In this document: piece by piece, positions 42,401 through 52,560 of the stretch
Position numbering within the stretch: position 1 is the stretch's first letter
Layout: each line of letters starts with the position of its first letter
DNA from: Ostrea edulis
Taxonomy: Eukaryota
Direction: 5' to 3'
Assembly (NCBI RefSeq): GCF_947568905.1
Contig: NC_079167.1
Span: 34,906,001-34,970,000 of the forward strand
Length of the DNA: 64,000 nt
Notes under the pieces: model-generated
Databases searched by the model: none
What the model saw: only the letters and a program-made list of their open reading frames with translations
Told to the model about the DNA's origin: nothing
Made by a program: the position numbers and the translations under genes

Positions 42401-45400
42401 TATATCACAAAATGACACATTGAATTATATACACATATATACATGTAATATATATATATATATATATATATATATTACATGTATATATGTGTATATAATT
42501 CAATGTTTGTAAATATTTGTAAATTTTTATATATATATATATATATATATAGAAATTTACAAATTTCTCATAATAAAAATCCAGTCATAACTTCAAGGTC
42601 AACCATTTGCAAGTATGATAATGAAATCAGTGTTGTCTACCTGTACATAGACTTAAAACACATAAGAAGTGGTTTAATTGCTATACAACGAGCATTGTGC
42701 AAGGGTCTGAAGTACCTGCTCTCGTGGATATGTGTATTACAACGCGCTTTTCAACTGCAACTGTGTGAGAAATCTACATAAACAAATATCCTGAGTGAAA
42801 TCCCAAATACTTCAAAATGGATTGTTTGAGGGTCAGGAGTTCCACGGATCTACTGTGCAAACAAGCACTGACGTTTCATATTTTCTTTGCTAAAATGACC
42901 CATTCATTTTAAAATTTTATGAACACTCTATGAATATCGTGGAAATTAGGCCAAGGTGCCAAACCCCTAGATATTAACTATTTTCCTTTTTCTTGCTAAC
43001 TATAGTGTCATCAAACCTCTAGATATTAACTATTTTCCTTTTTCTTGCTAACTATAGTGTCATCAAACCTCTATATATTAACTATTTTCCTTTTTCTTGC
43101 TAACTATAGTGTCATCAAACCTCTAGATATTAACTATTTTCCTTTTTCTTGCTAACTATTGTGTCATCAAACTCTTCATCTCAACTGTCTACTTCATTTT
43201 ACTAAAGGCTAAAATTGCAAAGAAAAAAAATTGCTGCATTTCACCAGCTCTTATTATTTTCCACTAATTTGAAGTGTAGTTTATTAGTCAGATGTTAGTG
43301 GTTTTTTCACTCTCAAAAATGTTTTTTCAAAGGAAGCAGAAATCATAAATCTTTGATCTTTGCTTTTCCTTGGTAATTTAGCCTCTTTCTTTAAAAGCCA
43401 GAACTTTTTTAGTAGAAGCAAACATACATGAACATTTATATATCTCCATCAATATTACTCTTGGGAAGATCTATTTATCCCAAAACAAAAGTTTCCCTTC
43501 AAATTAATGTGCGAGTAATTTTGTTTATAGGTTAACAATAACACTGGTAGAAATGTGAAAAAGGCAATCACAAAAAACAGATGTGGGTTCAGCTTACTAG
43601 TTTATCTATCAAATCCATCTGCTTGCAGCTTGTATTTAGTTAGAATCTAGTAGAATAATCAAATATTGCAGGAATCACCAAAGGCAGACTGAACTTTTGA
43701 AGACATTAAGAAACCATGCAAGACAAATACACAGATGTAAAAACATTTGGCAGGTGAAGAATTTCAAATAATTTCACGGAGTATGCCATTACAAATTCTA
43801 CTGGGGCATTTCCTGTATACTTTAAGAACTTTTCAATGGATTGCTCAAATCAATGTTCCCCCAAACCTGCTAACATTTCACGTCCAGTATTGTCCATGAA
43901 TTTTCCAGACTAATGGCAAAACTGTCCTAATACTATTAAACATGAAGGACATTGGTTCTGATCAATTCTACAATTGATGGGAAATAACTAGTCATCTTTA
44001 AACAATACATCAAATACTTGCTGACTTCACCAATTAGAACTCGTGGAACAAACCACTTTCATGTGGCAATACCAATGATCCGAAGCTTACGGTACGTCGA
44101 AGAAGAGGGTAACGTTCATATAAATATTGGGGGTAAATTGGTTCTCCTAGACTCGGTTATTTATTGTTTTACCCATGGATTTTGTAATCGAGACGTCTTA
44201 TCAGATTTTCAGAGTGTAGAAGTGATAAGTCTTTCGATAACAAGAATCCAAAGGTTAAATGGCTTTATTCCGCCCGTCAGTGAACCGCTCATCCCATGAC
44301 GTCAATCCGCGCTCCGCTGTAATTTTCTTTGCAACTTTACACAATAAAAGAGGAAATTACTGACGAGGCCTACTAAAACCTTAAACTTCCGCAATATTTC
44401 TATCGGCCCTACCTGACAGAATGCAGTTTTTATACAGCGCTACCACCTTCTTGCAAAGCACGTGTTTTTTGCCGATTATCGAAAGCAAACGACTCAGGAT
44501 TATACAATTAAATTAATCACTTCTTAAAATACATGTTTTATCAATTTACGCACAAACAGAGGCGTCAAGATTCCGGCATTAAATATAAATATCGAATGTC
44601 ATTTGTTAATTGATTCATCAGGTCAACCATTCGTCTGCATGCATGTTTGTCTCCGGCAGTCGACCTGAACTCATTATGTGACATTGAATGCATGCCTGAG
44701 ATGGATCTCCATTACGATAGTATCTAGGATACATTAAATAAAGAAAGCACACACTGGGCATAAAAATGCGGGGGGGGGGGGTGTATTTTTACGGAAATTG
44801 CATTCTATTATATACAAAATATAAAAAAAAAATGCATTATTCAGAAGAATAACATATCGTCACTATTTTTCAAACGCACGAACGCTAGCAAAACTCATCA
44901 AAGAAAACCAGTTTGGTAGGTTTAGTAAATGTGTGCTCGAGTCCAACAGGACTGAACTTTTTTCCCCGCAAAGATTTACTTTAATTGCAATTACTATACC
45001 TTTGGTGAAATTTAATTCCAAGAGACCATAACTTTATTTATACCTTCTCAACTGACAGAGAGTAAATAAAACTGCTATCAGCTGAGAACGACAGAAATCT
45101 AATTGGCGTACCTTATATGCATCTGGAATATTCAAAAGATCTCCCGTCTGAGCCACATGACCTATGATTCCCGTTCCCCAGGGGATTCTTATCGCCTCCC
45201 TGTTCTCGCCGACTTCTTCCAAAGTTGTATCAGCACAAACATCAAAAAGTTTGGCCTCCAAAAATCGTTCCTCACCCCCTCGTCCATGAACAAGAAACAG
45301 AGAGCACCTGTCCGCATTGAGTAAAATACACACGTTCTGTAGTATTTTATGACACAGACTGTTGACATCTAGTTCATTACAAATGTCAATTACTAATTCA

Positions 45401-45834
45401 TACATAAGTTCTTTTTCGTCTAAAGTTTTTAGTTCGGTTCTAGGGCGTCGATGAAGTTTGTTTGTCACTGACGTTTGTGACGTCGATGGTCCTAAAAACG
45501 TCCGTGCGCCATCCACCGTAGACACGATCGGATTTAAAGTATCACCCCGGTCAAATTCTTGTGCCGAAATTTTCCTCACGGGGGTGTTGGTACCAGAATT
45601 ATTCCGAGAATTAGAGCCACTGGAATTGTTAGTCTCTGGCTGTTTGAAGTTCAATCCTGGACTATGCGATAGAGCCTGAGCTAGCAACCACCCGTCCACC
45701 ATGCTTCTTTTGGCCTTCCTGGCAAAATAATCGTGGGTAAATTCCGGATGGTCGTCCAGCCACTTTTCCATCCTCTCATATTCCTCGTTGCGATCGGTTG
45801 CACCGGCTCTTCCCGCCTGCTCCTCTCCCGACAT
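1108..45834 (-). CDS. Pde11: Spliced GAF-domain cyclic nucleotide phosphodiesterase (PDE11-like), 10 coding exons in window, 3' end off-window
   Basis: Exons join in frame with AG acceptors and GT donors (one GC) into 577 aa. N-terminal motif [30 protein letters not shown]; GAF-A ([11 protein letters not shown]...[25 protein letters not shown]); GAF-B ([27 protein letters not shown]...AILCMPIKN...[17 protein letters not shown]); pre-catalytic segment (FSFSDF...[14 protein letters not shown]). The PDE11 versus PDE5/6 call rests on recalled family motifs, not a database search. Confidence 0.9.
1655..2348. repeat. 22-bp minisatellite (GCTTCCGTTCCATGCTTACTGT), about 30 units, in intron 9
   Basis: Directly visible tandem array; the 22-aa periodicity of the track ORFs equals 3 x 22 nt. 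Confidence 0.95.
2359..2502 (-). CDS. Pde11: PDE exon 9 ([48 protein letters not shown])
   Basis: Acceptor TTTTTCAG|GCT at 2502, with a duplicate acceptor at 2557; donor AAG|GTAAGA; 144 nt. Confidence 0.92.
2458..2567. repeat. Perfect 55-bp tandem duplication spanning the exon 9 acceptor
   Basis: 2458-2512 is identical to 2513-2567. Confidence 0.95.
3788..3931 (-). CDS. Pde11: PDE exon 8 ([48 protein letters not shown])
   Basis: Acceptor TCTTAG|GTG, donor GAG|GTATTG, 144 nt; matches track ORF 3743..3931. Confidence 0.95.
4341..4388 (-). CDS. Pde11: PDE exon 7 ([16 protein letters not shown])
   Basis: Acceptor TTTACAG|ACC, donor ACA|GTACGT, 48 nt; GAF motif NIxNAYEDxRFD. Confidence 0.93.
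6472..6752 (+). mobile_element. Full-length SINE-like retroposon with non-tRNA structured head and (AATC)n tail
   Basis: 12-bp target duplication TCAAAAGCTCTT (6460-6471 and 6753-6764, extra copy 6447-6458). Body is similar to elements at 57860, 58462 and 63200. Confidence 0.8.
7795..7858 (-). CDS. Pde11: PDE exon 6 ((W)[21 protein letters not shown])
   Basis: Acceptor TTTTTCCAG|G, donor AAG|GTATGC, 64 nt (1+63). Confidence 0.93.
9297..10325 (+). mobile_element. Helentron-type non-autonomous element (HINE-like) carrying satellite-like internal repeats
   Basis: 5' AACAAGAGG...GCTCACCCGAG versus 3' CTCAGGTGAGC subterminal inverted repeat, 3' hairpin, GACA-type microsatellite near the 3' end, repeated internal units (GAATCTGCACTATGTCAGGAAGCTTTCATGTAAA). 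Confidence 0.75.
10570..10640 (-). CDS. Pde11: PDE exon 5 ([23 protein letters not shown] + TG of Trp), ends at a GC donor
   Basis: Acceptor TTTGCAG|GGG, 71 nt. Only the phase-2 donor TG|GCAAGT keeps frame with exon 6. Confidence 0.88.
14002..15563 (+). mobile_element. Composite or nested HINE-like elements
   Basis: Same 5' start (AACAAGAGGCC...GCTCACCTAAG) and 3' end (GCTCAGGTGAGCTAAAAA) as 9297-10325, interrupted by degenerate AAGGTCAAGGTCA-type repeats. Confidence 0.6.
15784..15921 (-). CDS. Pde11: PDE exon 4 ([46 protein letters not shown])
   Basis: Acceptor TTGCCAG|GTG, donor AAG|GTCAGT, 138 nt; start of GAF-B. Confidence 0.95.
16490..17160. repeat. Degenerate tandem array of roughly 120-bp units (TTTTATGTTCAAGGTCAAGGTCACTGGAGTCACTTGACCTTGATA)
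   Basis: Motif recurs about 5 times; typical satellite-like interior of HINE-type elements. Confidence 0.7.
17619..17708 (-). CDS. Pde11: PDE exon 3 ([30 protein letters not shown])
   Basis: Acceptor TTGTAG|ATA, donor CAG|GTATGT, 90 nt; GAF-A C-terminal helix motif [12 protein letters not shown]. Confidence 0.95.
18466..19127 (+). mobile_element. Second HINE-like family member
   Basis: AACAAGAGG 5' end, internal TTTTGACCTTGAGGTCAAAGGTCAAGGTCA repeats, (GACA)n, terminal hairpin CCCCCC-N-GGGGGGTATAA. Confidence 0.65.
21393..22003. mobile_element. MITE with about 27-bp TIRs whose right TIR is interrupted by an 80-bp mini-MITE (21908-21987)
   Basis: Left AGCTGCAATACGCCGGTTTCGAGATAC versus right GTATCTCGAAACTGACGTAT[insert]TGCAGCT; the insert has a perfect 13-bp TIR AATGTAGCCCTCT/AGAGGGCTACATT. 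Confidence 0.65.
22040..22201 (-). CDS. Pde11: PDE exon 2 ([54 protein letters not shown])
   Basis: Acceptor TTTCAG|GAT, donor AGG|GTAAGA, 162 nt, phase 0/0; GAF-A second half. Confidence 0.95.
23025..24510 (-). mobile_element. Penelope-like retroelement 3' fragment (RT C-terminal part), split by a foldback insertion
   Basis: Joined halves translate [69 protein letters not shown], resembling late-RT and thumb motifs of Penelope-like elements (from recall). The same terminus AAGGTGAAGATAAC recurs at about 9797, 48047 and 51063. Confidence 0.65.
23397..24411. mobile_element. About 1-kb foldback-type MITE with about 50-bp TIRs and 21-bp internal repeats
   Basis: TIR CTATGGAGCGCCAAATTAACATAAACTCAAATAATTGAAGATATC and its reverse complement at 24411; 4-bp duplication AAAT at 23393-23396 and 24412-24415. 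Confidence 0.85.
27300..29935. mobile_element. Cluster of nested HINE-like fragments and MITEs
   Basis: HINE-type units at 27300-27760 and 29470-29935 (3' end CACCTGAG...CTCAGGTGACCTAAAAA) with CpG-richer inserts between; boundaries approximate. Confidence 0.5.
29017..29238. mobile_element. MITE with about 38-bp imperfect TIRs
   Basis: AGTGCACTGATATGGCAC versus GTGCCGTATCAGTGCACT. Confidence 0.7.
32611..33192. mobile_element. TTAA-flanked non-autonomous DNA transposon (Kolobok-like)
   Basis: TTAA|AGCTGTATGGTCCGA ... TCGGGTCATACAGCT|TTAA (13/15 TIR match). A TTAA TSD with RR termini fits Kolobok. Confidence 0.75.
34609..34652 (+). ncRNA. Type I hammerhead ribozyme, copy 1 (minimal, palindromic stem III)
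   Basis: Stem I GCATCA/TGGTGC; core CTGAAGA; stem II GAC-ATTATTT-GTC; GAAA; palindrome ATGCGCAT; AUC cleavage triplet with predicted cut after C34646. Confidence 0.9.
34963..35010 (+). ncRNA. Type I hammerhead ribozyme, copy 2 (GCAT duplication in stem III)
   Basis: Same core; stem III ATGC-GCAT-GCAT; predicted cut after C35004. Confidence 0.88.
40545..40820. repeat. Degenerate 24-bp tandem repeat (AATCTTTGTAATACAATATAAGAA)
   Basis: About 11 visible units. Confidence 0.85.
41511..42061. repeat. 39-bp minisatellite (CCCCACCCAAATACTAACAGAATAGTCTCCAAGGACGAT), about 14 units
   Basis: Direct tandem array without spacers. Confidence 0.95.
42961..43172. repeat. 52-bp tandem repeat, 4 units
   Basis: AAACCTCTAGATATTAACTATTTTCCTTTTTCTTGCTAACTATAGTGTCATC repeated. 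Confidence 0.95.
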
Positions 45835-47400
45835 CTTGGGCGGACGTTTGCTTCGCCTTTGCCTACATGAAGACCGTGGGAAGAGACGGGACGTAATGGT
45901 TTCGCGGAGCGAATCCAGTTTGCCGGTACCGAAAGCTGTTGCTTTCCCAAATAACTTTTCCAGTTCAATGAGTAGATGTCCTGTGTGTATATATGATTAA
46001 ACCTGATACGTAAATATTACATTTATGTTTTCCTTGTTTAAAGCGCTCGCCCTGTAATATTTAAGAGCAAAACTTTACAATCGCTGCTTTATATTGTAAG
46101 ATCTTGGAAATCGAATGTATAACGTTAACGTCCCTCTTTTGTCCTGTATGAGGATCGGAATGAGAAGAAAACCAATGAGGAATGTTTACACTTAATCCAT
46201 CAGCTACGAATTATCGTACACAACTAATTGCATGTTGCATTGAGAAAACGCATTCACCTGACATAGCTAACATTTCACAAATTGGAAAATGCGAGATCCC
46301 AATATAGCACGGTGTTTCGCCTTCAGTGATATGTTTCGACGATTTTGGTTGGTGAAGAACGTATCATCGTCACTCCAGGTGAGAGGTTACAACGTGGGGG
46401 ATGTATACATAATAAAAATAGAGCTGTTCAACTTGAAAACTATTTGATAATAGTTTTATCACATCTTCGACCTTCTAATCTAGAGATTTAATATCTAATA
46501 CAGTACCTCGGAGGAGCTGAAAGTTCAGCATATCCGTCATCTGCAAATCAGACTGTCTTAAATATTCTGTGGTCTCCAAAATTTCCCTTGTGACAATCAA
46601 GTACTGAACGTCAAAACAAACGCTTCGTCTCGGAGTGAAAAGTAATTCCTTAAAATCAATGCTTTTAGGATCTTGAAGGTCGATTCTCGTGCCTTTGTCG
46701 CAAATCTCCAGCAGATATAAACCCAGAGCTCGTCACCTTAAATGTAGGTAAATGATTCATGTATTGATTCAGTAGTCCCCATTCGATTAATGACCGTGCT
46801 TAATATAACGAGAGTCGCGTATTTAAACAGCTGATGCAGCTTTCCGGAGAGCTGCCGATGACCAGTGGCTTTAGCGCACCGCGATACGAATGCTGGCCAA
46901 ACGCTGGTCATGAAAAAAAAAAACCAACTACCTAGTAGGTAAAATGATTTAACATGATACAAGTGTTTAAAACTTCCATCGCCTGAGCGATCAGGATGTG
47001 GATAGGAAACAGATTGTGTATTATTTTTCTCGTTAGTTATACACAAACTGGTTACAGCAATTATTTTTGCCTGATCCTGTAATATTCCTCTTTTTCCCCT
47101 ATACTTCGCTGAACAGCAATACACCCTTCAGTTTCCTTTCTCTAGGACACAAAGATGGACACTTTCTCGCTGTAAATGTTTGCTCAATCGAACGCGGACA
47201 TTTACAACCTTCGGAATCACCAGAAGCTAGTCCATTTGTTTTGTCGATATAAAAACAGCGAAAATCTTTATCCGTCTTAGCCGGAGACAATATAGATGTA
47301 TGATGACAAATTGTACCTTAAACAGGTATTTCATTAGTTTCAACATTAACATGACACATAATACATGTATTTTGACGTCATATTACAATGCAAAATTTCC
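44040..47400 (-). promoter_or_regulatory. CpG-rich promoter, 5' UTR and first-exon region of the PDE gene
   Basis: Abrupt rise in CpG density, few recognisable repeats, TGACGTCA at 44297 and 47373. The TSS cannot be determined from sequence. Confidence 0.5.
45112..45834 (-). CDS. Pde11: PDE exon 1 (N-terminus and first half of GAF-A), 241 codons
   Basis: ORF-track protein MSGEEQ...IPDAYK, then donor AAG|GTACGC at 45111, phase 0. The track tail VRQLDF... is intron read-through. Confidence 0.93.
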
Positions 47401-48046
47401 GTATTTATCACCAGCCCGTGAAAATAAACTGTTCACGTATTTCCATTGTAAGATTGTAGGTAACCGTGTGATCCTTCCAGGGATCCACAAACTGCTAATT
47501 TAGGGCCGTAATTTAAGCATAATCGTTACAGTATTGACCCATTTTTCTTTCACGTACAAATCTAATGAACGAAGGTGTAGAAAGCCACTCACTATGGGTA
47601 TAAAAGAGGTGAAAATAATCCTGCTTTACTTTCGTGAAATAGTTTGTCATATGAATTAATATCTATCCTTTTCTTGCATTATTACACAATTATTCCGAAG
47701 GGAAAAAATATGTTACGAAATTGCCGACCATATGGAAAAACGTAGGGAAAAAACATTCAGTTTAAGCATGAATATAATAAATGGGCCAAGTCTTCGTCCA
47801 ACAAAAGCTTTAAATCAGAGGAAAATTCTGATAAACAAATCTTAATTATTTTTAAATGGAGTCTTGACCCATACGAAAATAAGACCTTTTAAAAAAAACG
47901 CACGAATGTTGAGAAAAATCAGTTTACATGAGGCCTTTTAGCACCCTTTTATTAAATGTTGGACATTAAAACTTTTTCCTTCACAACATGAAACCGGAAA
48001 AGGGTTTTGCTTTCTACATTTTCCCATTTATTCAATATCAGATGAG

Positions 48047-48303
48047 AAGGTGAAGATAACGAACAGTGATCAATCTCATAACTCCTATAAGGAATACAAG
48101 ATTACGAGTGGGTAAGCTCTGGATATACCAAAAGTGGAATCATGTGTCTATGAGTAATCATCCCCTGTCGACCGGTCACACCCGCCGTGAGCCCTATATC
48201 TTAATCAGATAAACGCAGTAATCCATAATAAAATCCGTGCGTAAAGGACGGCCTAACAATATTGGTATGAAACATGTCAGACGGCATTTGACCTAATAAC
48301 AGG
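48047..48303 (-). mobile_element. Penelope-like element terminal fragment
   Basis: Similar to 23025-23250 (CCCCTGTCGACCGGTCACACCCGCCGTGAGCCCTAT); shorter copies at 51063-51159 and 9692-9797. Confidence 0.65.
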
Positions 48304-50245
48304 GTCAGATATCAAACATTAAAATGCCTTAAATCAAAGCTTATGAAAGAAAAGATAAGATGACAAAAAAAGATGTTAATCTAAAAAATGAACTCCGTAA
48401 TAATGATTCGGTCAGCAGAAACTAAAAACGTAGCGTGCACGAAAAGCAAACTCAAGTCTCATTAACTAATATAACACTAGAATAATATCTGAGGGCAAAA
48501 TTGCATAATGCTCTTTGTGTCTGTAGACTGTAAGATTATCTTCCATTAAATTAGATAACTGTAAGTCTGACGGGGGATACCGTATGCCTTGCTCTTAGAC
48601 TTTTTCTTGTACAGAATATAACCTTAGGGAAACATCTTCTGTAATATTTAAGAAGTCTGTCAATTATCAGTTTCTCAATTTGATATCGATAAACGAGTAT
48701 GTAAAATCACCTGGATTTAGTGAGAGACACATTCTCTCTATGTGGGAGTAAGTACCATTAGTACATGTATATAGAAACAAGGGTCCCATTAAGTATATTG
48801 AAAGAAATAAAACAAGAAAGGATTGAAAAGGCAGTGGTCAATTCAAATACGGAATGCGCCCTACGTCAGTAGATCACACACACTTTCTGAATGCATTTTT
48901 AACAGAATTTTTCACTCATTTTGGCCGTGTACACCAAAGTTACCGCTGAGCCAACCCCACCCCACCCTAACCTCTGTTTTGCCTTTAAACTTATCATCGA
49001 ATACCCACAGGTAGATCTCGTTTTATATCAGCACGAAACCAATTTCTCTAATTTGTGTTTTTCCAGCGATTTCATGCTTAAAATGCACTTAGTTCAAAGT
49101 TACAAAGCGGTAAGAGCAGCTTGTCCTTAGTGGACGCCCTCAACAGTGTGAAAACAGTACCACGCTGACAAGGGTTTGTGCATTATTTTTACAAGAAGCA
49201 AGTTCATTTATTTCACTCAAAACATATCTTACGTTACACGAGATGCAAAATTATACATTTAAATCAGATAAAAGATAAAAAGAAAAAGCAAAATAGTATG
49301 TTCACGTATAAGATCCGATTAGTTATACATGTACAGAGTTTTAGAGGGATTGCAGCGGCTTCCGTTGACATTAGTGCTAGTTAGCAACTTTTTTCTTCTT
49401 CTCAAGTTTAACAAGGAATCGCATTCTGAAATATTATCATGCATATCCATCACCTATTTGGCTGCGCTGACATAGATTACATATTTAGTTCTTCTCTGGG
49501 AGCGAGGTTCCATCAACCAATTATAATTGGAGGTTGATTATTCGTTGTTCTTTACCTTAAAAGTTTTAATTTTCATGGTACTAAAATCATACAAACTTCA
49601 CAACAAAAAATGAATTATAAATCCAATACAAAGCACCATTTGAGGACACGGTTATCTCACAATACCTACTTGGGATAAACTGGTCATTAATTTGAATTTT
49701 GTCGGACAATACTCTTCTGACCAGTGCACATCTATGACATTTTGCAGGTCCCAAACATAGGATAGACCCCAGTTATCGAGAGTGTTAACCTACTGCTCTT
49801 CATTTTTCATCTTGTATAACTATTGAAAGTTCATGGTTTTATATACATGTAAACATATGGTTTTATATAATTTGCTTTCATGACATAAAACTGATAGGGA
49901 GATGCTCTGTTTGACACATAGCCTAAGATTAACTATTGAGAAAATAAATGACAGTGTAACTTCACAAAGAAAAAATACAATACACAAGCAAAAATACTAC
50001 ACTAATCAGAAAATGAGACAAATGCAAAAGTTGCGAAGTTGTGTTAAAAAGCATTGACAATGCTAATATGTACAACAATATAATTCTAACATGATTTAAA
50101 AATACCATAAAGAAAAATTGTTAAATGCCACATTCTTAAGAGTGTCTAATATGGAGAATTCCCGCTTACCAGCAAATGAGACATGGGACAGTTATGTTAA
50201 AGGCAAAGGGGAAAGACGTGGAACATTTTTCGCTTATCTGATCTG

Positions 50246-50247
<2 letters not shown>

Positions 50248-50302
<55 letters not shown>
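50248..50302. repeat. (TA)n microsatellite; others at about 5048-5076, 42449-42476 and 62444-62499
   Basis: Directly visible. Confidence 0.95.
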
Positions 50303-50311
<9 letters not shown>

Positions 50312-50614
50312 TTGTGACAAAGTATGGCGACTGACGCGCTATAATTTATGCATGCGTAAAGAGCGTTAGTAACAATTTATATTCGGAAACAAGCGTCAAA
50401 TATGAAATAAGTATTGCATATGTAATATGAAATGCACGAGCGGATCATTATTCACAAACATTTTCTGGTTATAAATGTTTTATTTGCCAAAATCCGCCAT
50501 CTGTCTTTGCTAGTAAAGTGCCAGATTCGCTTACTTTCATCTCGGAGATGAGAGTAAGTAAATCGGACACTATGACCGCCATCTTGCTCGAGCGGAAGTT
50601 AGCAAACAAAATCA

Positions 50615-50710
50615 CAATCTAATTAAAATCAGACTTTTTAGATCCGCGCCGTATACTCTGCGTAAGAAGCGATTGTGAGCGTATCTTAGGATCTGATTTT
50701 AATTAGATTG
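50615..50710. mobile_element. 96-bp mini-MITE with 9-bp TSD (Mutator-like)
   Basis: Perfect 19-bp TIR CAATCTAATTAAAATCAGA; TSD ACAAAATCA at 50606-50614 and 50711-50719. Confidence 0.88.
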
Positions 50711-51299
50711 ACAAAATCACACGGTCAAAGGAAAATAAATACGCTTCTCTGGTCACAACTAGTAACCAATTTGACAAACCACACTAGTACAAATTAAGGT
50801 AACTGACCCCACCAAGTCAGGTGACTGACCACCAGAGTAAGCCAAATTACATACGGACTAAAATGAATAACATTGAATTTCAAGTTCATATTTTCACTTT
50901 GGAGTAACTAGTTGCTGTCATAAGACCGTACGCAAGTGTTCGCTTTTAAATATACACTATATCATATATATTCTTACTGCATATCAGTATTCTTTTGGGC
51001 ATCATCCTATAATTGTTGAAATAAATCTTAAAACAATCGAGGTGATGATCCCTTAACCATGCAAGGTGAAGATAACGAACAGTGATCAATCTCATAACTC
51101 CTATAATCAATACAAAATAGATAGTTGGGCAAACACGGACCCCTGGACATACCAGAGGTGTATATATATATTCCTGCTGCACATATCAAAATGCAGCGAG
51201 TATTCTTACGCGCAAATACCCCGGGGTCATCACAACCCCCATCATCTTTTATTGTTCAAATATATTTAAAATGGTTGAGATTACAACACTTAAAGAAAA

Positions 51300-52560
51300 T
51301 ACATGTATATTCTTTCTGTACATCACACAATGCACTGAGCACCAACTTTTTGTTTGTCGATTACCCACTCCATTTGCCCCTCTCAGGGTGAAAAAGAAAA
51401 TTCTGAAAACATATGACACATCTAAAGAGCACCACCAATCATCTCCCAAAAACATATTACACATCTAAAGAGCACCACCAATCATCTCCCAAAAACATAT
51501 TACACATCTAAAGAGCACCACCAATCATCTCCCAAAAACATATTACACATCTAAAGAGCACCACCAATGATCTCCCAAAAACATATTACACATCTAAAGA
51601 GCACCACCAATCATCTCCCAAAAACATATTACACATCTAAAGAGCACCACCAATCATCTCCCAAAAACATATTACACATCTAAAGAGCACCACCAATCAT
51701 CTCCCAAAACATATTACACATCTAAAGAGCACCACCAACCATCTCCCAAAAACATATTACACATCTAAAGAGCACCACCAATCATCTCCCAAAAACATAT
51801 TACACATCTAAAGAACACCACCAATCATCTCCCAAAAGATTATTTGGGTACTGCATACAATGTAGGAGTTAATCCCCAATTCGTCTCCAGGGTAAAACTG
51901 AAAATTCTAAAACCTTATTTATAGGACACTGTCATTTATCTTCCAAAAGATGATTTGGCTAATGTGTAAAATGTAAGAGGAGTTCTGGGAACCATTTTTT
52001 TTTTTTTTTTTGTCAAAAAACATTCTTTTTACACCCATGTGAAAATGAAAACTCCAAAAACTTATTCACATCTACAGGACACCATCAGCCATCTTCCAAA
52101 TTTGGCAACTGAGTACATTGCGAGAGAATTCTAAGAACCAGGGTTTTTTCCTCTCTCTTCCTTTTTTTGTTTTAAGACAAATTGTCGTTTTTCGACCTCC
52201 ATTTGGGCCCCAGTTCCAAAGACTTATTGCGCATCTACAGGACATCACCGATCATTTTCCAAATAATTTCATTTGGCTATTGCGTAAAATGTAAGTGGGG
52301 TTTTGAGAACCAGGTTTTTATGGGAAAACGTCGGATTTTTTTTTTTTACCTCCAGCTTGCCTCCAGGGTAAGTTTGAAAGTTCCAAAACTCCATTGCACA
52401 TCTACAGGACATCACCTATCTTAATCCAAAAAATTAATTGGCTATTGCTTAAATTAAACGAGGAGTTCGAGGAAGAAGAAAGTGTAACAGACGGACTGAC
52501 GGACGGACCTGGGTAACAACAATATACCCGAACTTTCTGTAGAAAGTACGGCTATAAATA
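51300..52560 (+). mobile_element. HINE-like element containing an expanded 43-bp tandem array (51417-51838, about 10 units)
   Basis: Array unit ACACATCTAAAGAGCACCACCAATCATCTCCCAAAAACATATT; 3' end (GACG)n followed by a terminal hairpin; left boundary approximate. Confidence 0.65.

Noticed and set aside
46738-47124. 128-aa ORF upstream of the PDE, including an MGTTES myristoylation-like start
   Set aside because: It stops at TAA just before the nearby donor, and no phase-compatible join to exon 1 was found; probably UTR or promoter.
50525-50600. Possible alternative first exon MAVIVSDLLTLISEMK|GTAAGC with YY1- and ETS-like motifs
   Set aside because: The segment is itself a near-perfect palindrome (TTACTTTCATCTC-G-GAGATGAGAGTAA) within repeat-like sequence, so a transposon origin is more likely; it needs junction reads to revive.
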